The translations under genes and the position numbers were made by a program. Below, in pieces: positions 17,956 to 26,972 of a stretch of 62,012 bases of DNA (positions are counted from its first letter, which is position 1; each line of letters opens with the position of its first letter). This stretch comes from an uncultured Candidatus Saccharibacteria bacterium (GTDB lineage: Bacteria; Patescibacteriota; CAZHWT01): the NCBI GenBank assembly GCA_964597145.1, contig CAZQWH010000005.1, positions 1 through 62,012 on the forward strand. The letters run 5' to 3'. Below the pieces are notes generated by a model. It had not been told where the DNA came from, did no database searches, and saw only the letters and a list, made by a program, of their open reading frames with translations.

Positions 17956-19236
17956 TCATCTAACCTTGCCGAGCTCCTTTACTCGTTGGACGAGTTCAGG
18001 GGATAGATAGGTGTGAACTTTATCGTCCGACCAGATGGCTTGCTGCAGAAATTGCTGCATGTGCGGCTCTTCTTGCAGAAGCTCGTTCATGATCGCTCGC
18101 AACAACTTTGGGCTTATGCCCACTTCACGGGCTGCTTGGCCAAGACTGCACCATCCCGGCTTAGGCAGGCTCTCCTTGATATGCCCCACCAAGTCAACAT
18201 GCACCACTTTGCGCTGCCGCCCCATCCAAGGATGCACGGCGACCAATGGCTGAAGATCTGGCTTTTGCTTGAATAGAGAGCGCATGGCCGTTTCTAAGCG
18301 GTATTTCGACACGCCAACTTCGGCTGCCGTCTCTCCTAAACTGAGCCAGCCAGGCTTTGGCAGTCGGTCGCAAGCTTCTTTGAGTAAGTCGACATGAACG
18401 AAGTATCGGGCAAGCCCCTTACCCACCCATTCAGCTCTACCCACTTCGCGCTTCGGATCTTCCTCAATCAGCTGATTAATTGTGTTGCGCAGTCGATCGC
18501 GCTTCACCCCCGTCAGCTGGGCCGCCTGGTAGAGACTAATCCAATCGGGTTTTGGCAGCTGTGCCTTAGCTAAGTCCAGAAGTTCAACATGAATAAACCG
18601 GTGAACGTGCCCTTCAAATACTCGTTCCTCACTCAGGTGGGCGAGTGTAGGGTTATTCTCAATCAACGCATCTATCACAGAGTGCAGCTTGGTTTTGTGC
18701 ACTCCTACCCATTGGGATGCAGGCAGCGTGTGTAGCCAACCAGGCTTAGATGAAGCTGGGGTAGCAGTGCGTCTCGATTGAGCCGACCAGAACTTTTTGG
18801 GTCCAACCTGCCACTGCGACCAAATTGTCTGTCCGTGTAGGTTCTTGGCAGCAACAGGACGCCCTACTAATCCAACTGGCCGCTTTCCTTCCGCGACCGC
18901 GTCGTATAGCAAGTCGTAGTCAAGCTGCAAGACCTGGTGTAATGCTGCAGCCATAAACTCAATATCCCCATGCCAAAAGCCCGTTTCTAGCTGTTCGATA
19001 TCCTTGGCTTGTAACCGTCCTAACTCGCACCGAATAGCTGCTTCTTCTACTGTCAGGTTGAGTTGCTTGCGCCGAATACAAGACACTGCCCCAAAGCTAA
19101 TTTTCCTCCGGGCTAGTAAGTCAATCAACCCAATTGGGCTGGTGCATACTCTGCCCCAATATCGGGGGAGGGTTTCGATAAGCGACTCCGATATCTCATC
19201 ATAGCCCACCTTAGGGTTGGCAACCGAGACGGTCAT
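17956..19236 (-). CDS. multi-HTH protein: N-terminal XRE-like HTH plus four tandem repeats of about 65 aa
   Basis: 426 aa. N-terminus RRKQLNLTVEEAAIRC. Four repeats are anchored by LPKPGW(L/C/I)SL..AA..(V/T)G(V/I) and ..VHVDL. Confidence 0.55.
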   Translation of the reverse strand: MTVSVANPKVGYDEISESLIETLPRYWGRVCTSPIGLIDLLARRKISFGAVSCIRRKQLNLTVEEAAIRCELGRLQAKDIEQLETGFWHGDIEFMAAALHQVLQLDYDLLYDAVAEGKRPVGLVGRPVAAKNLHGQTIWSQWQVGPKKFWSAQSRRTATPASSKPGWLHTLPASQWVGVHKTKLHSVIDALIENNPTLAHLSEERVFEGHVHRFIHVELLDLAKAQLPKPDWISLYQAAQLTGVKRDRLRNTINQLIEEDPKREVGRAEWVGKGLARYFVHVDLLKEACDRLPKPGWLSLGETAAEVGVSKYRLETAMRSLFKQKPDLQPLVAVHPWMGRQRKVVHVDLVGHIKESLPKPGWCSLGQAAREVGISPKLLRAIMNELLQEEPHMQQFLQQAIWSDDKVHTYLSPELVQRVKELGKVR

Positions 19237-19463
19237 ACAACTCTCCTTTGGTTTGTGCGTATATACATCTCCGCTATTTGGTTGCCAATCTTAGCATATA
19301 ACTCAGGAAAATGCACCGTATAGTGTTAATTATGAGGCTTGGGTAATTATCCGCCACAAAACTTCTGGTTCGGTGTACACTCCTGTGCAACCTATCGTGA
19401 TATCAAGATGCCTCAGAGGGTATGGGGTGAAAGTGGGTACAGCTTAGAGTGGTAGCACGCTAG

Positions 19464-20579
19464 TTGTCGGTCTTTGACAGGCTTCGATACAATAGATGGG
19501 TGCCAAATGTAGTCAGCTCAATTTTCTCTCAATCCACCCTTAATCTTTCTGTCTATGGTAATACGCTTTACCAATACGGCATAGCCTTGGCCGTAGCCTT
19601 AGCCGCCATTATTGGCTACAAAGTTATGCAACGTATTATTAGCAACCATCTCCAACACTTAGCCCAAAAAACCAAATCCGATATAGATGAGGTTGCTTTA
19701 GAGATGGTTGAATCGGTACGATGGCAGGTAGCTGCTTATGCGGGAGTGTTTGCCGGAGCTATGCCTCTAGCTATGCCCGAATTTGTCCACAACCTTTTAA
19801 TTATTGGTTTCGTCATTTTAATCATTCATCAAGTCATTGTAACGGGCAATATCTTCATTAAATATCTAGTTGCCAAGCGAATAGCAGCAGAGGATACTGG
19901 CCAGGCACAGGTTGCCACCCATGCCATAGGTTTAGCGCTCCAGATTGGGGTGTGGTCACTAGGGCTACTTTTTATTTTGTCTAATTTTGGCATAGATGTT
20001 ACCTCGCTCATTGCCGCTTTAGGTGTTGGAGGTATCGCGATTGCCTTTGCCCTACAGCAAATCTTAAGTGATTTATTTGGCTCGTTTGCCATATATTTCG
20101 ATAAACCTTTTGTTCCTGGGGATTTTGTAGTGGTGGGTAATCAAATGGGAACAGTCGAAAAAATTGGGATTAAAACCACCCGGATTAAATCGTTGGCTGG
20201 AGAGGAATTAGTATTCTCTAATCAGCAATTAACCACTGCTACTATTCAGAACTATCAGCGTATGAATGAACGCCGGGTCGTTTTTGAAATCAAACTTACC
20301 TATAACACTTCAGTTAAAAAGCTCAAACAAGCGGTCGAAATAATTAGGCAAGCAATCATTGAAGTGGATCCAACTCGCCTCGATCGGGTTCACTTTAAGC
20401 AGTTTGCCGAATCTTCCCTGGCTATCGAAGCGGTCTACTATTGCGAAACCCCAGACTACAATACCTATATGGATGTAAACCAAGATATTATGCTAACTAT
20501 TAAAGACAAGTTTGAAAAGGAAAAAATCGAGCTAGCCCTACCAACCCAAACAATCCATACTGTATCTCCAGCAAAGTAG
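19464..20579 (+). CDS. mscS: mechanosensitive ion channel (MscS family)
   Basis: 371 aa with a TTG start. TM helices, then the conserved FDKPFVPGDFVVVGNQMGTVEKIGIKTTRIKSLAGEELVFSN beta-domain. Confidence 0.75.
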   Translation: MSVFDRLRYNRWVPNVVSSIFSQSTLNLSVYGNTLYQYGIALAVALAAIIGYKVMQRIISNHLQHLAQKTKSDIDEVALEMVESVRWQVAAYAGVFAGAMPLAMPEFVHNLLIIGFVILIIHQVIVTGNIFIKYLVAKRIAAEDTGQAQVATHAIGLALQIGVWSLGLLFILSNFGIDVTSLIAALGVGGIAIAFALQQILSDLFGSFAIYFDKPFVPGDFVVVGNQMGTVEKIGIKTTRIKSLAGEELVFSNQQLTTATIQNYQRMNERRVVFEIKLTYNTSVKKLKQAVEIIRQAIIEVDPTRLDRVHFKQFAESSLAIEAVYYCETPDYNTYMDVNQDIMLTIKDKFEKEKIELALPTQTIHTVSPAK

Positions 20580-20740
20580 CCTAATTGCAAACGTCGCAAT
20601 CAAAAAACTAAGGGGTTATAGCCTTCATCTCCTAGCTTCTACCTCACCCTCCAAAAAACTTTAATCGCGGTCTTCTACCTTTTATTCCCCCATTCACTCT
20701 ACCCACCACCCTTCATCAAATTATCTGAGTTAATTTGGCA

Positions 20741-20770
20741 AACGTATATACGTCCGTATATACGTTTTTT
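20741..20770 (+). terminator. hairpin plus T-run downstream of mscS
   Basis: AACGTATATACG-tc-CGTATATACGTT followed by TTTT. Confidence 0.5.
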
Positions 20771-20795
20771 AAGCTACAGATTTTCATACTTCTTC

Positions 20796-20856
20796 GTCAT
20801 TCCCAACTCCTGCTCACAACGCTTCGCTTGCAATAGCCGGTGAGTGATTGGGAATC
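20796..20856 (+). repeat. GTCATTCCCAA...TTGGGAATC hairpin module with a long loop
   Basis: GTCATTCCCAACTCC..GCTTCGCTTGCAATAGCC..GTGATTGGGAATC. Confidence 0.7.
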
Positions 20857-21086
20857 TAAAATGTTATCAGCTCATTCAACACTTTTGATTCCCGCCGAAG
20901 GCTATACTACACTAGATTCAGTGCGGGAATGACAGGAAGGGTGTCAGAATGCAGGATGCTAAAGAAGGTTAGTATACATACATGGCGAAGGAGTGGTAAC
21001 GACTGCGTCAATCTTGGTGGGAATGGGGTAGATCGCCACGACGTAGCTTCACGATGACGGGGAAGGGGATTTGTATATCGTATATC

Positions 21087-21185
21087 GGGGGTTGGAGATT
21101 GGTTATTGGGTTGGTGTGTTGTGATTCCTGTCCGCAAGGCTGGTTATGGCTTGCCTAGTGGACGGGTCTTGTTTATGATTTGTTT
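21087..21185 (+). repeat. 99-nt conserved core, copy 3
   Basis: Aligns along the full length with 12210-12308, with about five mismatches by eye. Confidence 0.85.
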
Positions 21186-21238
21186 CGTATTTCGTATTTC
21201 GTATTTCGTATCCTGCATCCTGTATTCTGTATTCCTGA
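21183..21238. repeat. heptamer array (TTTCGTA)x4 then TCCTGCA TCCTGTA TTCTGTA TTCCTGA
   Basis: Read directly. Confidence 0.9.
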
Positions 21239-21292
21239 ATGCGTTTTACCCATTGCCCTTTACTCTATACAGATATGAAGCATGCGATGGCG

Positions 21293-22276
21293 CTAAGTAT
21301 TTACCAGAGTTAGCCTATTGGCTTGGCGACCTAAATTGCTGGCGAGTGCCAAAGCCTGCTTGGCATTTTCCACTCGCATTAGCCAATCACGAAGTTCAGC
21401 TGCATTGGGTAAGCCATGAACATAAATCTTAAAGAATTTTTTTAGCAAGTGAAAGTTTTTACTGTTGCCCCAGGTCTGCTCAAATAACTCAACGTGATAG
21501 GCTAACAGGTCCATCCGATCGGTTAGTGTTTTACGTCGTGGGTCAATAGTAGGGTCAAAAATCCAGGGGTTTTTAAAGATACCCCGGCCAATCATTACTC
21601 CGTCTACTCCGTAGCGGGCAATTTTATCCAGCCCATCTTCATAACTCAAAACGTCGCCATTACCAATTAGTTTTGTCTCAGGCGAAATTTTATTCCGCAA
21701 TTCAACCGCTAGCTTAATCTGGTCCCAGCGAGCCGGAAAATGAGACATCTCCTTAGCAATCCGCCCGTGTAGGGTTAGGGCGGCTAAATCATGTTTGAGT
21801 AGATGGCTAACCCAGGCTTCGGTCACCCAAGTACCAATTCCACACCGAGTTTTCACGCTAATCGGTAACCCTCCAGATCCTTCTTGGGTAGCTTTAATAA
21901 TCTCAGACGCATGGTTGGGAAAATTAATTAAACCAGAGCAGGCGCCACGGCGAACCTTTTTGTGTACTGGACACCCCATATTAATATCAATCCCCGCAAA
22001 GCCCATTTCCCGCAATTCCTGGGCAATTGTGTAGTAATTTTTCGGATCATCTCCCCATAACTGGGCAATAAGCGGTCGCTCCTCGGCACTAAATTGTAAC
22101 CGATGAATAACACGATCCCGGCCTCGGGATAAGAGTCCTTCAACATTCGTAAATTCGGTAAAGAAAATATCCGGGGCGCCCGTTTGTAACAGCACCTGGC
22201 GAAAGACTGTATCGGTTACATCTTCCATTGGAGCTTGAATAAATAGTGGCTTTGATCGATGCCATGGGTTTTGCAT
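21293..22276 (-). CDS. dus: tRNA-dihydrouridine synthase
   Basis: 327 aa. APMEDVTDTVFRQ, GIDINMGCP, LTLHGR and GNGDV motifs. Confidence 0.8.
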   Translation of the reverse strand: MQNPWHRSKPLFIQAPMEDVTDTVFRQVLLQTGAPDIFFTEFTNVEGLLSRGRDRVIHRLQFSAEERPLIAQLWGDDPKNYYTIAQELREMGFAGIDINMGCPVHKKVRRGACSGLINFPNHASEIIKATQEGSGGLPISVKTRCGIGTWVTEAWVSHLLKHDLAALTLHGRIAKEMSHFPARWDQIKLAVELRNKISPETKLIGNGDVLSYEDGLDKIARYGVDGVMIGRGIFKNPWIFDPTIDPRRKTLTDRMDLLAYHVELFEQTWGNSKNFHLLKKFFKIYVHGLPNAAELRDWLMRVENAKQALALASNLGRQANRLTLVNT

Positions 22277-22313
22277 AAGGACTATCTTATCAGTTCAGAG
22301 CAAGTAATACTGG

Positions 22314-23189
22314 CTAGAGCTGGGCCAAGGTCTTGTCAAACTGGAGACGCGCAGCAGCGCCTTGCTCAATAATAGTATGGGTCAATGCCGCCAGTGGCAG
22401 CGAGGTTTGATGTCGTTTAGACAGGGCCTGGATGCTCGTTGAGGTGTGGTACCCTTCAACAGTCGCGTTAATGACCGATAAAGCCTTTTGGGTCGTATGC
22501 TTAGCCAATAAGGTGCCAAAGGTGAAATTGCGGCTGTCAGTTGAAGAGCAAGTCATAACCAAGTCACCCATAATCCCTGGTTGAACAGCGCCATGGAACG
22601 GCCAGTTGCAAGCAGTAATATACTGAGCCGATTCTTGTAGGGCCAAGGTCATAATTTTAGCTCGGGCATTCATACCGTAGCCCAAGCCTTCGGCAAACCC
22701 ACACAAAATGGCATAGACATTTTTAAGCGCGGCCATATACTCTATCGCAATTAGATCGGGGCTAGTTTGGATGTGGCAATAAGGTGTGGCAAACAAGGAT
22801 TCAAGCGCAGAGCTTGGCTTTATCTTGGCATAACCTAAACTCAATAAGGTGGGCTGTTTTTGGGTTAATTCTTGAGCGAATGATGGACCCATTAAACAAT
22901 AATACTGAGATGGTCGGCACAGCTCTGCCACAATTTGGTAGGGGAGTCGATGAGTTTGCTGCTCAATCCCTTTAGCGCAATTAATAAAAATTGTCTCTGG
23001 TTTAAACCAGCGCTGGTTGTCGGTTAACGCCTGGCGAATAAATTGAGTCGGGGTCGCGATAATAACCAAGTCGGCCATATGTTGCATTGGTAGGTCAACA
23101 TCCACGTACTTAAATTTTTGTTGATTGCAGTCTAAGAGCGACCCAACCGCCGTGCCAAATAAACCCTTGCCAATAAGTGCAATATCCAT
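22314..23189 (-). CDS. gpsA: NAD(P)H-dependent glycerol-3-phosphate dehydrogenase-like
   Basis: Start at the ATG at 23189, preceded by AGGAG. NCAKGIE, GPSFAQE, AALKNVYAI, GDLVMTCSSTDSRNF. Confidence 0.7.
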   Translation of the reverse strand: MDIALIGKGLFGTAVGSLLDCNQQKFKYVDVDLPMQHMADLVIIATPTQFIRQALTDNQRWFKPETIFINCAKGIEQQTHRLPYQIVAELCRPSQYYCLMGPSFAQELTQKQPTLLSLGYAKIKPSSALESLFATPYCHIQTSPDLIAIEYMAALKNVYAILCGFAEGLGYGMNARAKIMTLALQESAQYITACNWPFHGAVQPGIMGDLVMTCSSTDSRNFTFGTLLAKHTTQKALSVINATVEGYHTSTSIQALSKRHQTSLPLAALTHTIIEQGAAARLQFDKTLAQL

Positions 23190-23401
23190 TTGATAGCTCC
23201 TGTATAATAATGTTATTGCCACACCACACTTCGGCTGGCCATAATCGTCGTATTGGCTATATCCGCTCGATTGTTCGCCGACCTGTCATATAGATAGCGA
23301 GCCTGTTGTTTCTCATAGTTGGGCTCAACCATTCGGTTATTTCGGCTTAAATCAAAAGTTTTGCCACAAGTACTAGTATGACATATTTGAGGAGATAAGC
23401 T

Positions 23402-23884
23402 ATAGAAACACCACACGTTGGACAAATAGCCCCAGATTTCACTTTACCCGATCAAGAAGGAAATACACACCAGCTATCACAGTACCAAGGTAATTGGGTA
23501 ATATTATATTTTTATCCCGAGGACGATACACCAGGCTGCACCACCGAGGCCTGCACCCTTAAAGATAACCTGCCTCATTTTACCAACAGTAATGCCGTCG
23601 TAATTGGCATAAGCGTCGACTCGGTCTCCTCCCATAAAAAATTTGCCCAAAAACATCAGTTGCCCTTTACTCTGTTAGCCGATGAGTCCAAGCAGGTAGT
23701 AGAGCGGTATGGAGTCTGTAAGGAAAAGATGAATTATGGCAAAAAATATATGGGTACAGCACGAACGACGTTTGTAATCAATCCATCAGGTGAGGTTGTT
23801 AAAATTTATGAGAAGGTTGAGCCAAAAATCCATGCTCGGGAAATTGTTCAAGATTTGAAAGTCATGCAGGGCGATAAAGCCTGA
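23402..23884 (+). CDS. bcp: peroxiredoxin (Bcp/PrxQ type); N-terminus lacks a canonical start codon
   Basis: The frame is open from 23399 and encodes IAPDFTLPDQEGN..WVILYFYPEDDTPGCTTEAC. The ORF track only starts at the internal TTG at 23660. GGAG at 23391 is followed by ATA at 23402. Confidence 0.65.
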   Translation: METPHVGQIAPDFTLPDQEGNTHQLSQYQGNWVILYFYPEDDTPGCTTEACTLKDNLPHFTNSNAVVIGISVDSVSSHKKFAQKHQLPFTLLADESKQVVERYGVCKEKMNYGKKYMGTARTTFVINPSGEVVKIYEKVEPKIHAREIVQDLKVMQGDKA

Positions 23885-23950
23885 AAGTATAATTCATTCC
23901 CCAGAATTGACACTAGATCTGGGATAATGCTGTAGTGTATCCTGAAATAA

Positions 23951-25021
23951 ATGCCTCGTCCTATTCGTAACTCGTCATCAAGTTTTTTTACGTACGCCAA
24001 AGCCTTTGTCTTGGTTGGGGTATTCGTTCTGCCAGCCATAAATTATATTTATTCTGCTTGGCTGGATGGATCTGAATCGCTTCGCCTTTGGCTCTATGTG
24101 GCTGGTGGTGTGTTTGTGCTGGCCAGCATTGGAGGAATCTGGCTCGCTTATGTTCGTTGGAATCGGGGCGGACGCGACTGGCGATGGGATCTGCCATCAG
24201 AACTGGATAATACTCAAGCACCTCATCCAAGGCAAATTGGGCTGAAAGAGGCAGTGGTCGTTGAATATGCGCCTCCATCAAATTTTCCTCCAGCTATGGT
24301 TGCCCTACTACTTAACGATTCAGTAGATTCTATTGATCTATATTATAGTTTAGTAGACCTTGCAAGACGTGGGTATGTTGAGATGCATGGTAGGCCAGAG
24401 TATCTCGAAGTGATGAATCCGAATAATCTATATACATTTAGGCCAACGGGAAAACTTGGAGAGGATTTATTCAAATTTGAGCAATGTCTACTGGCTGATG
24501 AGTATGATAATACACCAGATGGGTGGAGAAAGTTTGACCGGGCAGTAAGGAAATCTGAACAGGTATTGCATCAGGAGGTAAAAGAGTTGGGACTATATAC
24601 CCGGTTGCCCGGCTTAGCTAGCGGGCAAGGTCGAGCCGTGAGCTTTGTCGTGATTTTATCTAGCTTGTTTGTCCTACTGGGTGGTAGCTTTATGGTAACA
24701 CTGTTGCCGAAATTAGCATTTATCTTGATAGCAGTCGCTGGCGGTATGATCGTTTCAGGGGTGGCATTTGCTGTTGTCGGTGGTCGAATGCCGAAAAAAA
24801 CGGCTAAAGGGTATGATCATTACCGAAGGGTGCTTGGGTATGCAGAGTTTGTCACACATGCTACTCATCACAAAGGACGCTTCATTAATAACCAAACCCT
24901 TTTTGATGAGGTGTTTGTCTACTCGTTGCTGATGAATTCGAGGGATGAGATTCGAAAGCTATTGGAAATGTTCCCTATTCCGCCTTATCCATCGTGGATA
25001 TCGACGTCTAAGTGGTGTTAA
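23951..25021 (+). CDS. membrane protein resembling the C-terminal (TM) half of DUF2207 proteins
   Basis: 356 aa. N-terminal TM pair, central soluble region, several C-terminal TM helices. Confidence 0.45.
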   Translation: MPRPIRNSSSSFFTYAKAFVLVGVFVLPAINYIYSAWLDGSESLRLWLYVAGGVFVLASIGGIWLAYVRWNRGGRDWRWDLPSELDNTQAPHPRQIGLKEAVVVEYAPPSNFPPAMVALLLNDSVDSIDLYYSLVDLARRGYVEMHGRPEYLEVMNPNNLYTFRPTGKLGEDLFKFEQCLLADEYDNTPDGWRKFDRAVRKSEQVLHQEVKELGLYTRLPGLASGQGRAVSFVVILSSLFVLLGGSFMVTLLPKLAFILIAVAGGMIVSGVAFAVVGGRMPKKTAKGYDHYRRVLGYAEFVTHATHHKGRFINNQTLFDEVFVYSLLMNSRDEIRKLLEMFPIPPYPSWISTSKWC

Positions 25022-25023
25022 AG

Positions 25024-25052
25024 TTGACAGCCAAGCATTCATCAGGCACAAT
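25024..25052 (+). promoter_or_regulatory. sigma70-like promoter TTGACA-17-CACAAT; the ATG lies 7 nt after the -10 box
   Basis: Read directly. This spacing implies a leaderless transcript for the 25059 ORF. Confidence 0.4.
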
Positions 25053-25058
25053 TTAGCT

Positions 25059-25433
25059 ATGTCCGAATCAAATTCTGATCCAAATCAAGTAGACTCAGGT
25101 GCTCAAGCAACTCCAGCCGAGAATACATCAGCTTCCCCAGTAACGCCGCCAAACCAAGTCGCACCCGAATCGCAAGCTTCAGCCACCACTACACCAGCGT
25201 CTTCGACTCCAGCTTCCGTAGCCCAATCAATCACATCATCACCAGCTACCCCACAGTCCACAGAAGTCGCCTGGCCCGATGCCCAACCGGCAACCACTAA
25301 TGCTGCGACCCAGTCTGCACCCAACCAACCCACGACTACCGAATCATCTAGCTCCAGAACTAAAATGATTGCCGGGTTGCTAGTTCTGTTGGTGGTATTA
25401 ATTGGCGTCTATGTGGTTTTGCGGGTACTCTAA
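25059..25433 (+). CDS. S/T/P-rich protein with a C-terminal membrane anchor
   Basis: The ATG at 25059 lies right after a consensus-like promoter, so the transcript may be leaderless. The C-terminal helix is MIAGLLVLLVVLIGVYVVL. Confidence 0.45.
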   Translation: MSESNSDPNQVDSGAQATPAENTSASPVTPPNQVAPESQASATTTPASSTPASVAQSITSSPATPQSTEVAWPDAQPATTNAATQSAPNQPTTTESSSSRTKMIAGLLVLLVVLIGVYVVLRVL

Positions 25434-25450
25434 ATTCCCTAGATTTGCAT

Positions 25451-26242
25451 ATGTTTAAAAAAATAATGCTCTGTCTAACTGGAATAGTCTGTGTTGCTGT
25501 GGGATATCCAAGTTCCACCTTGGCCGAAGGCTCATGGGTCATAAACCGAGCCCATACCGTGCTAGCCGTCACCCAAGCTGGCCAGATTAAGGTAACCGAG
25601 ACAATTCGGGTAGATCTAGAGCAAAGCCATAAGACGGGTATTACGCGACATCTCCCGCTTAAATATACTGCCAATCATCAGGTCTGGTTTGTGGAAATTA
25701 ACAATATTAAGGTCCAACGCAATCAAGTCGACGAAGCATTTATAACCCATGCAACCACCAACGAGTTGGTTGTTGAGGTAGGAGATCCTCGGTTAAACTT
25801 AACCGGCAGTCAGGAATACACGCTTAACTATACGGTAGAAGGCGCCCTGCGTCATGGGGAAAAAACAGACTTTGTCTATTGGTACACCACTGGCGGCTGG
25901 GAAACAACCGTAGAGCAGGCCACGGCCATCGTCAAGCTGCCTCAAGATGGAGTCGCTAATCAGCGCTGCTTTATTATTCCAAGTAGCAATGATGAGTGCC
26001 AAAGTCTAAGCCTGAACCCAACCGAAAGTCGGTTTGCAGCCACCGATAGTTTGAGCCCCAGAGCTGCCATGGCAGCACAGATCCAATTTAGTGCTAATCT
26101 AGTGCCATTAACCAATGTGCGTCCACCACGGATTGTTGATTGGTTGGAGGTGTACCGCCAGCCAATAATTATTCTGGCAAGCATATCAGGAGCATGTTTT
26201 CTGGCTGCTGGTGCGCTTTGGCTAAAGTCTCGAAAAACCTAG
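25451..26242 (+). CDS. secreted/anchored protein resembling the N-terminal domain of DUF2207 proteins
   Basis: Signal peptide, then W.I....L.V...G.I.VTETI.VD......GI.R.LP, and a C-terminal TM helix. Confidence 0.5.
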   Translation: MFKKIMLCLTGIVCVAVGYPSSTLAEGSWVINRAHTVLAVTQAGQIKVTETIRVDLEQSHKTGITRHLPLKYTANHQVWFVEINNIKVQRNQVDEAFITHATTNELVVEVGDPRLNLTGSQEYTLNYTVEGALRHGEKTDFVYWYTTGGWETTVEQATAIVKLPQDGVANQRCFIIPSSNDECQSLSLNPTESRFAATDSLSPRAAMAAQIQFSANLVPLTNVRPPRIVDWLEVYRQPIIILASISGACFLAAGALWLKSRKT

Positions 26243-26295
26243 CCTAATCGTTCCAAAGATTGATAGACAACGAGTCGACATAGTACGCTACCGGC

Positions 26296-26324
26296 TTGAC
26301 AGGTAGGTGCTCGGTGTCTATTAT
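26296..26324 (+). promoter_or_regulatory. sigma70-like promoter TTGACA-17-TATTAT
   Basis: Near-consensus. Upstream of the 26424 ORF. Confidence 0.55.
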
Positions 26325-26423
26325 GGCCATAAGTAGCAGGCAAGCTGCTACACTACTTCGATTGCGGCTGGGCAATCGTCAACTCGTCTTTTTAATCTAT
26401 AGAGCAAGATCTGGAGGGAGATC

Positions 26424-26753
26424 ATGTTCACACTAGTGATCACTGCAATACTCGCGGTGAAGCAGTATAACCCCCCAGCCGAGCCGGGATCAGATTCTGG
26501 CAAGTGGGCAACGGTGGTAGTGGTGGTGGTTATTATCATCGCCCTGTCAATTCTGGCGCATTTCGATACCAAAGATCGATTTCAAGCCAAGTCTGGTGAA
26601 GTAAACCTAGAGCTCGACCAATCAGACATAGACTTGTCGGATGCTCCAGCACCAGAAATAAAACCTGCTGACTGGAATGAAATGCTCACCTATCGTCGCG
26701 ACTTGCGCCAGTCTCAGCCAAAAAGACCAAAGAAGCTTGCGACAGGAGATTGA
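26424..26753 (+). CDS. small membrane protein
   Basis: 109 aa with two hydrophobic helices. TTGACA-17-TATTAT promoter at 26296-26324 and a GGAGGGAG RBS. Confidence 0.4.
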   Translation: MFTLVITAILAVKQYNPPAEPGSDSGKWATVVVVVVIIIALSILAHFDTKDRFQAKSGEVNLELDQSDIDLSDAPAPEIKPADWNEMLTYRRDLRQSQPKRPKKLATGD

Positions 26754-26888
26754 TATTTTGAGTTTGGTTCAGACACAGACATGTTTGGGTCGAGCTCAAA
26801 AAAAGGAGAGATATATGACACAAAGTCGCTTATCCATTGACCGAACCCAGCCCCGGTCAATGGATTTTTTATGTGACACTAGCAAACG

Positions 26889-26917
26889 TTGACATTTTGG
26901 CTTCATCAGGCTAAGAT
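26889..26917 (+). promoter_or_regulatory. sigma70-like promoter TTGACA-17-TAAGAT
   Basis: Read directly. Upstream of the 26973 ORF. Confidence 0.5.
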
Positions 26918-26972
26918 GCAATAGCTTGGCTGATCAAGCGTGGTGATAGGCGTCCAACACTGGAGGGTAGTG

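Larger units (their letters stand above)
20941..21248 (+). mobile_element. non-coding cassette bounded by inverted heptamer arrays and carrying core copy 3
   Basis: Left end CAGAATGCAGGATGC (20945-20959) against right end GTATCCTGCATCCTG (21207-21221), matching 13 of 15 as an inverted pair. The interior holds two hairpin modules, the core and (TTTCGTA)x4. It ends with CCTGAATGCGTTTT. Confidence 0.45.
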
